This document shows, one piece after another, positions 1-11,421 of a DNA stretch of 42,880 nt; position 1 is the stretch's first letter; every line of letters begins with the position of its first letter. The stretch comes from Polymyxa betae A26-41. Lineage: Eukaryota > Protista > Endomyxa: Phytomyxea. The position numbers were made by a program, and so were the translations under genes. The notes under the pieces were generated by a model. That model did not search any database. It saw only the letters and a program-made list of their open reading frames with translations, and was not told the origin of the DNA. The stretch covers positions 1-42,880 of the forward strand of contig RBZT01000430.1 of the NCBI GenBank assembly GCA_003693705.1, given 5' to 3'.

Positions 1-1216
1 ATCGCTGGGACTTGTTGGTCGGGTATGAGGGGAATGGGCGCCATCGCTGGGACTTGTTGCTGCTGTGATTCTACTTTTTCTGGTTCGAAGCGTTGAAATA
101 ATTTAAAGAGCACAAGTAACAGCGAACCTGGTTTCCGACGCAGGGCACCAACGACGGTCGCATCTGCGAGCTGAATCTGATCAGAGCCTGGAACAATCTG
201 CGCCATTACACGCCCTTGCTCGTCGTTGAACAATCCCGAACTGGCATTCCAAGCCCAGGACGTCTCCAACAGTTTCTGCAACTTTCTTAACGATAATCTG
301 ATGAAGTTCATGGGCATATGACCTTAATATCATCGCTGGGACAATCAACGACTTCGAAACCCTGGTCAGATAATGGCAAATGAGTTCCGGCCGACTCGAT
401 ACAGCCAATAATGAGCCCGTCTTCATTGTGGATGACACCTTGAGGATCTGCTCGCGCCCAAATAATTCCCTGTATTATTGAATCAAACTCTATCTATGAA
501 TATGCAGGCCAAGGCCGACATCTTGGGTAACAAACAAGCCTTCGGCGTTCATGCAGCTTTGGGACAAGATTGCTGCTAGTTCAGGTGAAATATCTTCAGC
601 CTGGCGTATTCCAGCAGGAATCGCCTGAAACAGGGCTATGCTCGAGCCTGAGCTCAGCCAATTAACAAAGAGGTGATGCTTAAGCGCTCATCAGAACATG
701 CCTGCGATCTGCAGCATATCGGCAATGTATTGACCGTCGTTCGAAATCATCTGGCCTGTGGGATTGATAGACGCCCAGATCTGTCCCTGATGTACAAGCG
801 ACAAGGCATCTGTTATTTCTGAATTGCTGATCAGGCCAAGAATCTGATCGTTGCATGAAGCCAGCGGCCGCAAAACGCGAAACGACCTCAAATTAGCGCC
901 TAATTTTGGTCAGTATCAGAAGCGTGCGAATCGTATGACCTTAATAACTCAACTTACCTGCCCCAGTTCTGGCAATTAGACATGCGACGATATTGCCACT
1001 AACGAGCGTCACGAGACGTGTTTCTGGATGAACCTGACCCCATACGCGAGCCTAAGGTATAATAAGTACAAAGTCAGTGCCAGATTTTGTCATCTGTGAT
1101 CAATAATGCCTGACCTGATTATCGACCAGGCAACCTTCAGCGGTTAAAACACTGATCTTGAATAGATCCCGAATAGTCGGGTCATCTGTCTTCAACAGAA
1201 ATGTGTAATCGTCCAT
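1..1216 (-). CDS. Multi-exon protein of unknown family with four ~65-aa repeats; 3' end runs off the window
   Basis: ATG at 1216 (MDDYTFLLKTDDPTIRDLF). Spliced exons give four related units: ARVWGQVHPETRLVTLVSGNIVACL, GQIWASINPTGQMISNDGQYIADM, GIIWARADPQGVIHNEDGLIIGCI, GRVMAQIVPGSDQIQLADATVVGAL. A QQVPA repeat follows (17-bp repeat at 1-17 and 43-59). Confidence 0.7.
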
Positions 1217-1699
1217 AATGGCAAAATAGGGTCTAGTTTACACGTGTCCACCCTATGGTGATCTCATTCAAACACTTGTACTCCCGATCGATCTAGACAA
1301 CAAACTTACAGAAGTAAGAATTGAGGACTCTTGGGGTTAATAAATCATGGCAACTTGGATCATATCGATTCTTAGAAGGCGAAGCGTAGAATTGCTGGTT
1401 GATGCATTCATCTGGTTTCGGTCGAATCGCTGCTGGCCGACTTTGCCTCTCGCTCCAAAATGGTCAACTTGCTTAGGTAGTAACGCTGCGGGCCCCATCG
1501 CCAACTTTGTACATGCTCATGAACTATAATGAATGCTCAACCTTTATTTGTATTCGATTTTAACCGTTTTTTTGCAACAAAACAAAGAGAGGATAACATG
1601 ATATGCACTTTGAGCGCCTTATCATATGGGCATTTGAAAGGGCGAATAGCTGCTTCCTTCAATCACGAGCGATGCGTCATGTCAACAGATGCACTTGCA

Positions 1700-2000
1700 G
1701 ATGCCTATCTAACTGGGCAGATGGTAGAGGCAGAGTCTGAAATTGCAAGATATCAGGAGTTATTAACTTACAATGTCATCCCGGAAGAATAAGTTTGCCA
1801 TACAGCTAGCAACATCAACCGTTTCCATCCCATCCTACCAGCGTTTGACATAACATCGCTGACGGCGACCTGCTACGTATATCGAGGTCGACTCATTCAC
1901 TCCCGGCTATCAATCTGGTTCCCTATCGACTACCTATCTCTTCAGTAGACTCGTTTACAGAGCGACATGAAAAGATGTATTGCGAATGAGTGATGGATAC
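1700..2000 (+). mobile_element. Possible degenerate hAT transposase C-terminal dimerisation-domain relic
   Basis: Fragments SEIARY...NINRFHPIL..., PATYIEVDSFT, AINLVPYR and MKRCIANE*WI lie across frames, in the order of the hAT dimerisation consensus. Stops and frameshifts are present. Confidence 0.3.
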
Positions 2001-2247
2001 ATCTGTCAGAGCCATCAAGTTTCACTGAGACAGGAGTGGGGATTCTAGAAGGGCGCTCTGTCCAGTCGTGGCCAACACAGAACAGTCATCAACGTTACAG
2101 GCAATGATGTTGAGAGAGGCCGTTGCCGGCCCCCGTTACGGACACTAAGCTCCCGTCATTTCTCTAATTCGTTCGGTTCTGGTTGGCGACTTCATCAGGC
2201 GATCAGGTGGCGGGCGCGCGCGTGCCGTAACCTTTCAATTTCAAACA

Positions 2248-4060
2248 ATGAAGCAGGCTACGGCGGCTCTGTCTCCTGGTCGAACTGCAGGTTCTGTCCA
2301 GGCATCTTTATCGGAGAAGTCTCAGGCAAATTTCGCTTTGGATTCGCACGATCCCAATTATGATGATGACCACGACTCGACGTTCGTCAGCTTCTGTATG
2401 ACGTCTTGCCGCTGCTGATTTCAGCGCTGCAGGATCCTTCTAGGCTCGTACACGCCGATGCCGGCCATCCGTTCTCCTCGAGCACTGAAGCATCATTCGC
2501 TGGATGAAATCAAATCGACTATCAGCCGCGCTGTGTCACAATACCTGATCAGCTTCGATAAGGACGAATTCGGTTGCGCTATCGACGAGCTGAACGATTC
2601 AGAAACCTGTCACGAAATTCCTAAAGTGAGTTCAGCTTATGACGGATTCTGTGTCTTACCGACGGTGCTAATTTCTCTAAAGATTGTTATCTCCAAGGGG
2701 CTGGATTCCCCATTAGGGAAGCGTGTTGCCCTATCAGATCTTTTACTCTTTCTGGTGAATACATCACGCGCCTCCCCGCTTCAGATCCAGTTCGCATTCG
2801 GCCGTCTCTTTAATCGTCTGCAGGATCTTATGCGTTCGTTCTCATGCTCATTCCTAGAATTTTCGTCTGATCTCCATGAATGCAGTTGATGTTCCTCATG
2901 CCCCAGAATTACTGAAAGAGTTTCTTCGCCGAGCTGTCGCCGGCGGCTACTGTGACAGCGTTGCCGCTGAACTTATGAGTCAAGGCGCCGATCTTGCTCA
3001 ACATCCTGAACAGATTCGCCAGATCCGCCCGCAAATTAAACAAATTATCTCTGATTATCTGGCGAGTGAGAATGACGTCGAGGTCAGATATGCTGTGTCT
3101 TTCTAGAAATCACGAGATGTGACTTCGCTTCAGGAAGCAGTCCAATCCCTGCAGAAATTGGATTCGCCTGAGCTCGGGCATGAGTTTGTCAAGCGTCTAA
3201 TCAATGCCGGTGTCGATCGGTAAACGCCTCTCAATCGTTTTATCTTTCCACTTACCTTGAGCAGCACGTCTCGAGACCGCGAAGCTGTCTCTCAATTACT
3301 TGCTGCAATTTCTACTGCATCTGCTATTAACCAAGTTGAGATTGAAAAGGTAATCATGCACTATCTTCACTATTCCCCTGTCTACAATGTTGCTGTCTTT
3401 GTAGGCGTTTCAATCACTTTTAGATGGAATGGAGGAGATCATTGACGACGTTCATGATATTGTTGCCTTAGTAGCTTGCTTCTTGGCTCGAGCTATTTGC
3501 GACGAAGTGTTATCGCCGTCGTTTCTAACTCGGTCGCTGTTAGGGTTAGGCAGTAACGACCTGGGCAAAAATGTAACCGCTCAATAATGGTTTCCAATTT
3601 ACCTGTCGGTTTTAATCAAATATCCAGGCGATCGTCAATTGCCAGACTATCCTTTCGTTTCCATCTCCAGGAGTGTTCGCAAGTGCTGTATGGAATCCAA
3701 CTAATTCCTCTGAGCTGAAGGTGACAGCAGGCGGTTTTATCTTCGTTTGAACCTAACTCGTGTTCGCAGGAGGTGTTGAATGGAATTGCTCGAACGTATT
3801 TATGTGACAATAACCAGGACCTGATCTGTCGGATTGGCTCGATGCCAACATTCGGCCCAATCTTGATTAAGCGACTTTTTGTGGAAGCGTCTTCTTCGGA
3901 TTCGTCGCTTGTTAAGATTTATCGTTTGCTGAACGTGCTCCCTCATGATATAGTTCTCAAAGGATTGGATCTAATTCGGTCCCGGCTACCGGATATGGCT
4001 TTAGACGTTCCTGATATCGAGAAGAAATTCCAAGCGTTCACCTCTGATCTCACTCGTTAA
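2248..4060 (+). CDS. PDCD4: MA3-domain translation regulator, PDCD4-like (multi-exon)
   Basis: ATG at 2248. ALDSHDPNYDDD motif and MA3 helical repeats (QDLMLDVPHAPELL, GHEFVKRLI, DMALDVPDIEKKF). Introns are GT-AG; TAA at 4060. Confidence 0.85.
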
Positions 4061-4295
4061 GTTAACTATTTCCACTGTTAAATAATGTAACAGTTGGCGC
4101 TTATGATTCTATATGTCTTGCTTATTTGTGCAGATGAAAATCATGATTTTGATTGATTGCCATTAGTCATTACAATAGGAAGAGTATGGAAAGAGAAGAA
4201 ATGTTGCTGTTGTTTTCTGTTACAACCGCCAAATTAAAATCGCCGATAAAAAAATCAAAGTCTCTGTTATAGTTACAATCGAACATAATTGGCCA

Positions 4296-4415
4296 TCGTA
4301 CTACTTAGAATTATGAATATAAATTTGTGATTTTAAGCTTCGTTGCAGACGTAATGATGTGTTTTGCATCACAATTGACGACATTCTCATATATTCATAA
4401 CTAAGGCGAGTACGA
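4296..4415. repeat. Imperfect ~120-bp inverted repeat (foldback or MITE-like relic)
   Basis: Nested complementary blocks: TCGTACT 4296/AGTACGA 4409, CTTAG 4304/CTAAG 4401, TTATGAATATA 4311/TATATTCATAA 4390, TTGTGAT 4325/ATCACAA 4368. Confidence 0.55.
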
Positions 4416-4814
4416 CTTAGCAGCCGTCACAATTCAGTATTCAATAAATATCACTTAGATCAAAGGATAACCTATTTTCTAATCTGACTTTCTAGTATCT
4501 GTCATGGAATATTGCCGAGATAGATCACAACTGCAAGTGATAACGGGATTGGGAAATGAGATTTCAAGGGACAAACCACATAATTGGAGGAGACGAAGTC
4601 AGCCGATCAAGATATAAGGAGATGGAGGTTCCAGGAGCAACGGTCACTGTCTGTATTCTGCATAGATGAAATTCGTGTCGGTGTCGTGATTTCATGTACC
4701 GAATTATTGGTCCGATTATCATAATCATGGAGATGAGGATCGGAACGTTCCAGGGTCCGGTCTTTAGCATTTAACCGATTGCAATCCGTTCCAAGCCTTC
4801 ATTCTGCAAACACG

Positions 4815-5585
4815 ATGTCTCGATATCAGATCGCCATCTTGATCGCCAGCCTGGTCGCTGCCGCGAGCGCCTCACAATTCTCCTGCAATAAGAGCGCCTT
4901 CATCTTCGCCGATTCAGACCCTCAATCGCAGGACGAGTTTTCAGCCAGGAACCCTGCTGCTGGAGGTATTATTGTCGCTCATATGAACAACCAGACCACG
5001 ACCTATCACTATGATAACACGACAAATGCTTGGGTGAAGGATCCTGAACCAACGGTTCAATGTCAACTGGATGTTATTACAGATCCTCAGATGCCCAGCT
5101 GTCTTAATATTAGCGGCATGCCATACTGTGAGACACCACCGAACATCGTTCAGCAGATTCGAAAGAACATGACCGAACAGCCACCAACACCCGATCGAAT
5201 GCCAATCTGGGTTGATAAAGTGTGCCAGAGCCCCAGCTCAGCCTATGTTCGTATCATGTTCGGCAAGTACGGCGCCCATTTCCTGGCTGCATACCAGACG
5301 TCGCAGCAGTTGCAGAACTCTTCGGAATACAGCCAGAATATCACCCAGTTGGTGAACAATCTGCTGACCAAGAAGCAATGTGAAGGTGGTCAAGATGCCT
5401 ATAATGCCACATCTCCTGCATATAATGTCACATATCCTGCATCATATAATGCAACATCACCTGGATCTTATAATGCCACATCACCTGCATATGCTCCACC
5501 AGCATCACCTGGTTATACTCCCCCATCTGCTAATCAGTCAGTACCATATGGACCTGCTGGACCATCACCAGCATCGCAACCTTGA
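4815..5585 (+). CDS. Secreted Cys-containing glycoprotein (256 aa, intronless) with a YNATSP-repeat, Pro-rich tail
   Basis: ATG at 4815 and signal peptide MSRYQIAILIASLVAAASA. Six Cys, many N-x-S/T sequons, and C-terminal YNATSP/YNVTYP repeats. Confidence 0.85.
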   Translation: MSRYQIAILIASLVAAASASQFSCNKSAFIFADSDPQSQDEFSARNPAAGGIIVAHMNNQTTTYHYDNTTNAWVKDPEPTVQCQLDVITDPQMPSCLNISGMPYCETPPNIVQQIRKNMTEQPPTPDRMPIWVDKVCQSPSSAYVRIMFGKYGAHFLAAYQTSQQLQNSSEYSQNITQLVNNLLTKKQCEGGQDAYNATSPAYNVTYPASYNATSPGSYNATSPAYAPPASPGYTPPSANQSVPYGPAGPSPASQP

Positions 5586-5922
5586 ACGCCATCCACAAAG
5601 TGAATAAAATCGGGCTGTCGTAACTGTTTCTTTTCTCCAGCCTTGCACCATGTTTGTATAGATTCAAATGAACTTGTTGCCTTGTGAAACTGTGAAACAA
5701 AATCCCATTTTGGAGATCAACTACTAACACGAACACGATATTGAAGCCAAATGGTGTAAAAATGTTTGCATGTTTTGATGAGATAAGACTGATTTAGAAA
5801 TGGCTGACATGATCGATCGCCTTTGCCCCGAATCATAATACATTGCATAAACTAGTACAAGTTGCTGATATAATGATATTCATAGTTTCATTGATGAATA
5901 AATAAATGATTTCGACAATATA

Positions 5923-8900
5923 TCATGTAAATCCGCCACCAGATACAAATAATGTAACGATAGCTTTAGTGACATCATGAGATATGATATCAAATGTTGG
6001 ATCTTCAATCTTCTTAATCAATAGTTGATCTAGTTGCTGTCTGAGACCACTAACTAGAGCACCAACACGTCCAGATGCATCCAGATTGACCCATCCATCA
6101 ACAACGACTTGATTGTGATCATAGCGGGCGTGAATCTGACCCCCGAACATTAGCAATGCATAAGGTGCCATTACAGATACATCATAGACGAAGAGTTTAG
6201 ATGTGTGTCTCTGTTCCAGATATGCTAATAATGGATATGGATAGGAGATCGCCTGAAAGTTCACTGAGCTTGCATGTAAGAATACACGTTCACCATCTGA
6301 TCTATAATATCGAATAGAACGGGATTCATGAGCTTTAGCAATGGCCCCGGTCAACGTCTGCTGGAAGCGTTGCTCAGGATATTGAACACGGAGGATGTTC
6401 GGGTACAAACCGGCGGCCAGTACGGCCGTGACCAGATCGATTTGATCGGCGTTCTGGTCGTATATAGGATCAATACCCAGATTGAATTTGGTGGATTTGT
6501 TGGCGGTGATGAATCCAATCTGTATCAATGCATCTCGATATTGAAGAGATATATCATGAGCAGATTTCAAATTAACATCGCAGACAAAGTTATCACGACA
6601 GAACTCCAGAGCACATTCAGATGAGACAGAGCGGGCTTCCAGCCAACATTCCATTAAACGAAGCAGAGAGATGTGATCGGAGTTGCTATTGCCGGCGAAC
6701 TGGACCTTGGTCCGAGATACGTTCTCGCGATGTTCGGCACCACCAACGAACTACATAGAATCAATATGTGAGATTGATAATGCCATGAAATGTGAATGCG
6801 ATGTTGGGTCGTACTGGACTGGCAACTGACATGATCGCGGCAATACGAAGTATGGGTGTAACACAACTGAAACATGCAGATAATATGATCATCTTGCCAA
6901 GACGAACATCCATTGGTAATGAACATAAATGACGTCCAAGACCTGTTAATTTCTCGCATCCAATCTCAAATGCACCTGTGCATACAAATATATCAGATAC
7001 ATTCACTAATCTACAATGTATCATTGATTAACCGATCGTTCGTAATGTGCTGATAGCTCGATGTACAGCATTGATATCGGGTGGTTCAATCATTTGTGAG
7101 AATGTATCGGCTAATGGGTCTGTTGATGTCAATAGACCACGAATCTGTAAACAAACATGATCCAGAGATACACGATTCAATTCGGATTGGTGTTCATTAG
7201 GCATCTGGTCATACTGAACACGTGAAAATAATCGAATACATCTGCAGAGAAGGGTCTGTTAGAATCGCAGAGATATAGAGATAGGCACTCTTACATTCCA
7301 GATCGTACACGTCCAGCACGACCTCGACGTTGTTCAGCATTTGAACGTGATACAAATGTATCAACCAGCATGGAAACATTCCGACCAATATCAAATTGGG
7401 TCTGACGCATACGGCCACTGTCAATTACGAACATAACGTCATTGACGGTAACGGATCTGTAACAGAGTTATTACGATACTGTAACCACATACCCATGACT
7501 GTCATTACGTTTCGGCAACATTGGTAGCGAAGACGACCTTGCGAACACCAGGTGGTGGACGTTTAAATACATGTGATTGTTGAGATGATGATAAACTACC
7601 ATGTAATGGTACCAATACAAATTCCGAATTTGTCATTCCATGATCTTTTATACTTCTTTGAAACTGGCACATCAAATATCAGCGAAAATAATAATTGAAC
7701 AAGAGGCCTTTACAGCAACATAATCCCAAAACCAGTACTACGACCAAACAGAATAGGAAATTGGGAAAGTGAGAATCTGACCTGACGAATAGACGATGTG
7801 ATCTCTGCAACACCCGGTAAGAAGCATAATATAGCTCTGAGATACAGATACGGTTAAGGATTGGTACACAACAGCCAGTTCAATGGATTACCCAGATTCA
7901 GATGGCCAGGTTGTAATAACATGCCAGATAGCAACAATAATTAGATCGATATTGCAAATATTAGCATTTAACGACATCACAGATAATTGAGTCTGTTCTG
8001 ATATGACCCCATCTATAAAGAAATTTAATCAGAGAAGCTCCAAAAAATCTGACTCAGAGAATAATCAGGTAAATAACAAAAAATTACCAGATGATGAATC
8101 CACATTGATTCGTTTCGATTTCGATTTGATGCGATAACGCTCTGAAGGGAAATACCCTGCAGATGAAGCTTTCATACTCTCAACGCAAGCAATGAATTAC
8201 ATTGACGAACCTGTTGATTCGATCAAATCTTCAACATAGAAGACATCGACTGGGAATGTACGGCCAGGGACCTGTACGACCGGGCATCCTATTCCATCAT
8301 ATAAGTATGATGACAGAGAGAAAACGCCAAAAACCTGATCCAGACCATTGAAATATGATGAGATGAGATCAGATTGTAATGTAGCCGACATTAGAATAAG
8401 TTTCAGATCAGTACGACGTTGTAGAACTTGACGTAACACTAATAATAACAGATCGATTTCAACAGATCTTTCATGAACCTAAAATATGATTTAGAGACTA
8501 TTCAGAGACCAGTACAAAGAGATTTGCAGGAAAATGAAGATCATATGAAATATTGAGGATTTACCTCATCAAGTACGATATGTGTAATTCCAGTTAGATC
8601 TTGATCTGATAGAATTTGACGTAATAATAATCCATTAGTGACATATTCAATATGTGTATCTTTAGAGGTTTTAGATTCCAGACGGATCCGATATCCAACT
8701 GTATCTCCAACCTATTATATAATAATCAGATGATCATACAGATAAAAGAGAGTCCAGTAGCGACCTTCTCACAATATTCATAAGCAACACGTTCAGCTAA
8801 TGATATAGCACTTATACGTCTAGGTTGTGTACATATAATATGACATTTAGTACCATGACCATTATGTACAGCATTATCAAGAATATAGGCAGGAATTTGG

Positions 8901-10748
8901 GTGGATTTCCCACTACCTGTCTCTGCACATATCACCACTATATTATTCATACCAATACATTCTAATAATTCATTTCGATATTGCCATACAGGCAATCGAC
9001 ATCTTCCTTTCAATACAGCACCATATTCAGCTAAATTACATCGTTGTGTCCATCGATCACACATCAGCTCATTCAGAGATGAATTCGAGGTCGACATTGT
9101 TGTCGGTCTCAGTGTTTTCCGAGCTGGTTTCGGTGCCGATACAACGGCCGATGATAACGATGATGGGGCCAGTATCCAGTGATTGGGCCAGCGCGGCTGA
9201 TATGTCTCGAGAATGTGTTGGAGATTCTGTTGTAGGAACTCGACACATGCATGAGTGATCGGTGAACAATCAGTAGCAGCATGAGCAGCGACCTGTACGA
9301 CCAGAGCCTGTTGTATGATAGCACGATCTGCAGCAGATATTCGATCACCAATAATCTGTATGAAGGGGATAGCACCTGGATATCCATCTGATACCTCCAG
9401 ATGTAATCTCAGCTGCAGATCATCCATACGCACCTCCCAGCATTTCTCATCAATTATCATAAAAGCATCGTCATAGATGGCCGAGAGAGCCACCTGCTCG
9501 GATTCAATCTCGGCCTGTAGCTCATTTGGGGATAGACCCACATGGGGTCGTACTGATCCCGGAGACAGAAATTCCACCATTTGTGTCCAAAGATGGCGTC
9601 TGGCATCATCATAAGAGGAATATTGTTGTGTGACCATTTCGCATGCAATAGATGGATAACCAAGACGTCGAAGTTGATCAACTAATGGAAGATCATTGAT
9701 ATCACCAATTGTACCACGAATGGCAACAATTGAAGATGAATCTTTAGCTCGATATGCAGAAGGTAGACGTCGTTCAGCCACATGAATCAATAGCCATTGT
9801 ATCGCAGTATTACGAGCTGATTTCATCTCTTTATCTGCAGCTGAGAATGATGCCTCGCTAAGAGCACGATCAATATCTTCCTGATGGAATCCCAGCCGGG
9901 TCAATTCGACAGAAACCGCATCTACGACCTTGGCTGATAGGCGCAGGTTCTGGTTGTGCTGGCCCTGGTCAGAGCTTGTATTGTGTAGGACGTGTTCCAA
10001 CATTTGACGATGTTCATTATCCATTGTCAGTTTACTTCTGAGAGATCCCTGGAAGTGTTTTCGTGCTTCTCTGCAAACAACGAGTCAATATCCTGAAAGA
10101 AACCAACAATGAAACAACTCAATTAACATCAAAAGAGAAAGAATGGACTATGAATACGAAAAAGATATCGATTGATTTGATTCTTTGAAATTTGACAGAA
10201 GATTGGTTGGATATTGCAACCAATAAATACAACATCAAATCACCAACTAACTTCATATTTGCAGATCGATTTCTCTGTTGAGCAGATTCTCTCATAACCT
10301 GCTGTCGATCATATTCACAATAGAATCGGGCTTTTGACGTGACCATCGGTTTAGCTGTTGATAAAGATAACCAGGCGGATTTGAATGGTTCAGGGAATTT
10401 CCTGTCCAATGCCAAATCTCCACAGAAATGCTTCAATGCAAGCAATGCTGCGAATTCTTTCGCCAAATCGAACGATTCGTAGCTCTCATCAGGAAAGAAC
10501 TTTAACGTCCGATCATCGTTCTTTAAATATTTTAAAACAACACGAGATCGATGTTTTCCATCTTCATCGCATTTGGCATTATAATATTTAGGTCTGCCAT
10601 AGGTTTTAATTCTCTGAATATGTTCCTGCAATAGCTGCTTTGGTAAACGCTGCCAATCGGCGACGACGACGCCAGCAGCGGTCGTGACGGCTGGACGGGC
10701 CACGATCGGCTGATTCTTCATCTGCTTCGTACGACGCTTGCCCGACAT
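5923..10748 (-). CDS. DHX57: DEAH-box RNA helicase of the DHX57/DHX29/YLR419W type (dsRBD-like, UBA, RWD, helicase core, HA2, OB fold)
   Basis: Motifs AETGSGKSTQ, TQPRRISA, DE|VHE (split by an intron), MSATL, PGRTFPV and QRRGRAGR. N-terminal LPKQLLQEH, UBA-like LTRLGFHQEDIDRAL, RWD-like YPGAIP. The exact orthologue is uncertain. Confidence 0.9.
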
Positions 10749-10896
10749 GATGTCTTATCCTGGTCACAAATCTACCACGATATATAAATCATAAGGAAAT
10801 GACGCAATAATCGACCCCGATCTTGAAATAGTGAAAGAGAAGCATGAGATCGTGATATGCCTGTCAGGTACTTTTTGAAGTTTATTTCCAAGATAT

Positions 10897-10915
10897 CCCT
10901 AACCCTAACCCTAAC
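10897..10915 (+). repeat. Interstitial telomere-type tract (CCCTAA)3C
   Basis: CCCTAACCCTAACCCTAAC, about 150 bp upstream of the helicase ATG. Confidence 0.8.
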
Positions 10916-11421
10916 TGATTTGGCTAGACAAACAGCGAAGCAAGGTGAATACTACTCCGATAATGATTTCGGTCTACTTCAATACAGAACAAACGATAAA
11001 ATACTCCTACAGCTGAAATGATAGTCTATCTGTTCATGATGCACTGTAGACAGATATCATTGAACTCGACGGACTCGTCCGTTATTATTATGCTGGACGA
11101 ATAAGTGTCGCATCCTTTGATACTATCCAATCAGAATGATGTGATCCTAGATGTGGCTCATTTTAATCTATCTCATCTCGGATCCAATAACAATTCAAAT
11201 CCGAAAAACCGTTTCGCTAAGTGGACATTGGTGTTAAAGCGATTTTACAAGCGACTTCAAGGATAGTTCAAGGACTTCGACCTTTGAGATGGCAATAAAG
11301 CAAAGCTTCTGGTAGACACGACATCCAACTAAAGAAATCTAAGCCACAGATGTGAACGCGAACAGAGAAGATGCAGTGATCAGAGTGCAGACATTGCGCG
11401 TTTTCGTTTACAAACTGATTA

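Noticed and set aside
10960-11200. Several ATGAT and CTGA motifs suggesting a snoRNA cluster
   Set aside because: Boxes are degenerate, spacing is wrong and I recognised no rRNA complementarity.
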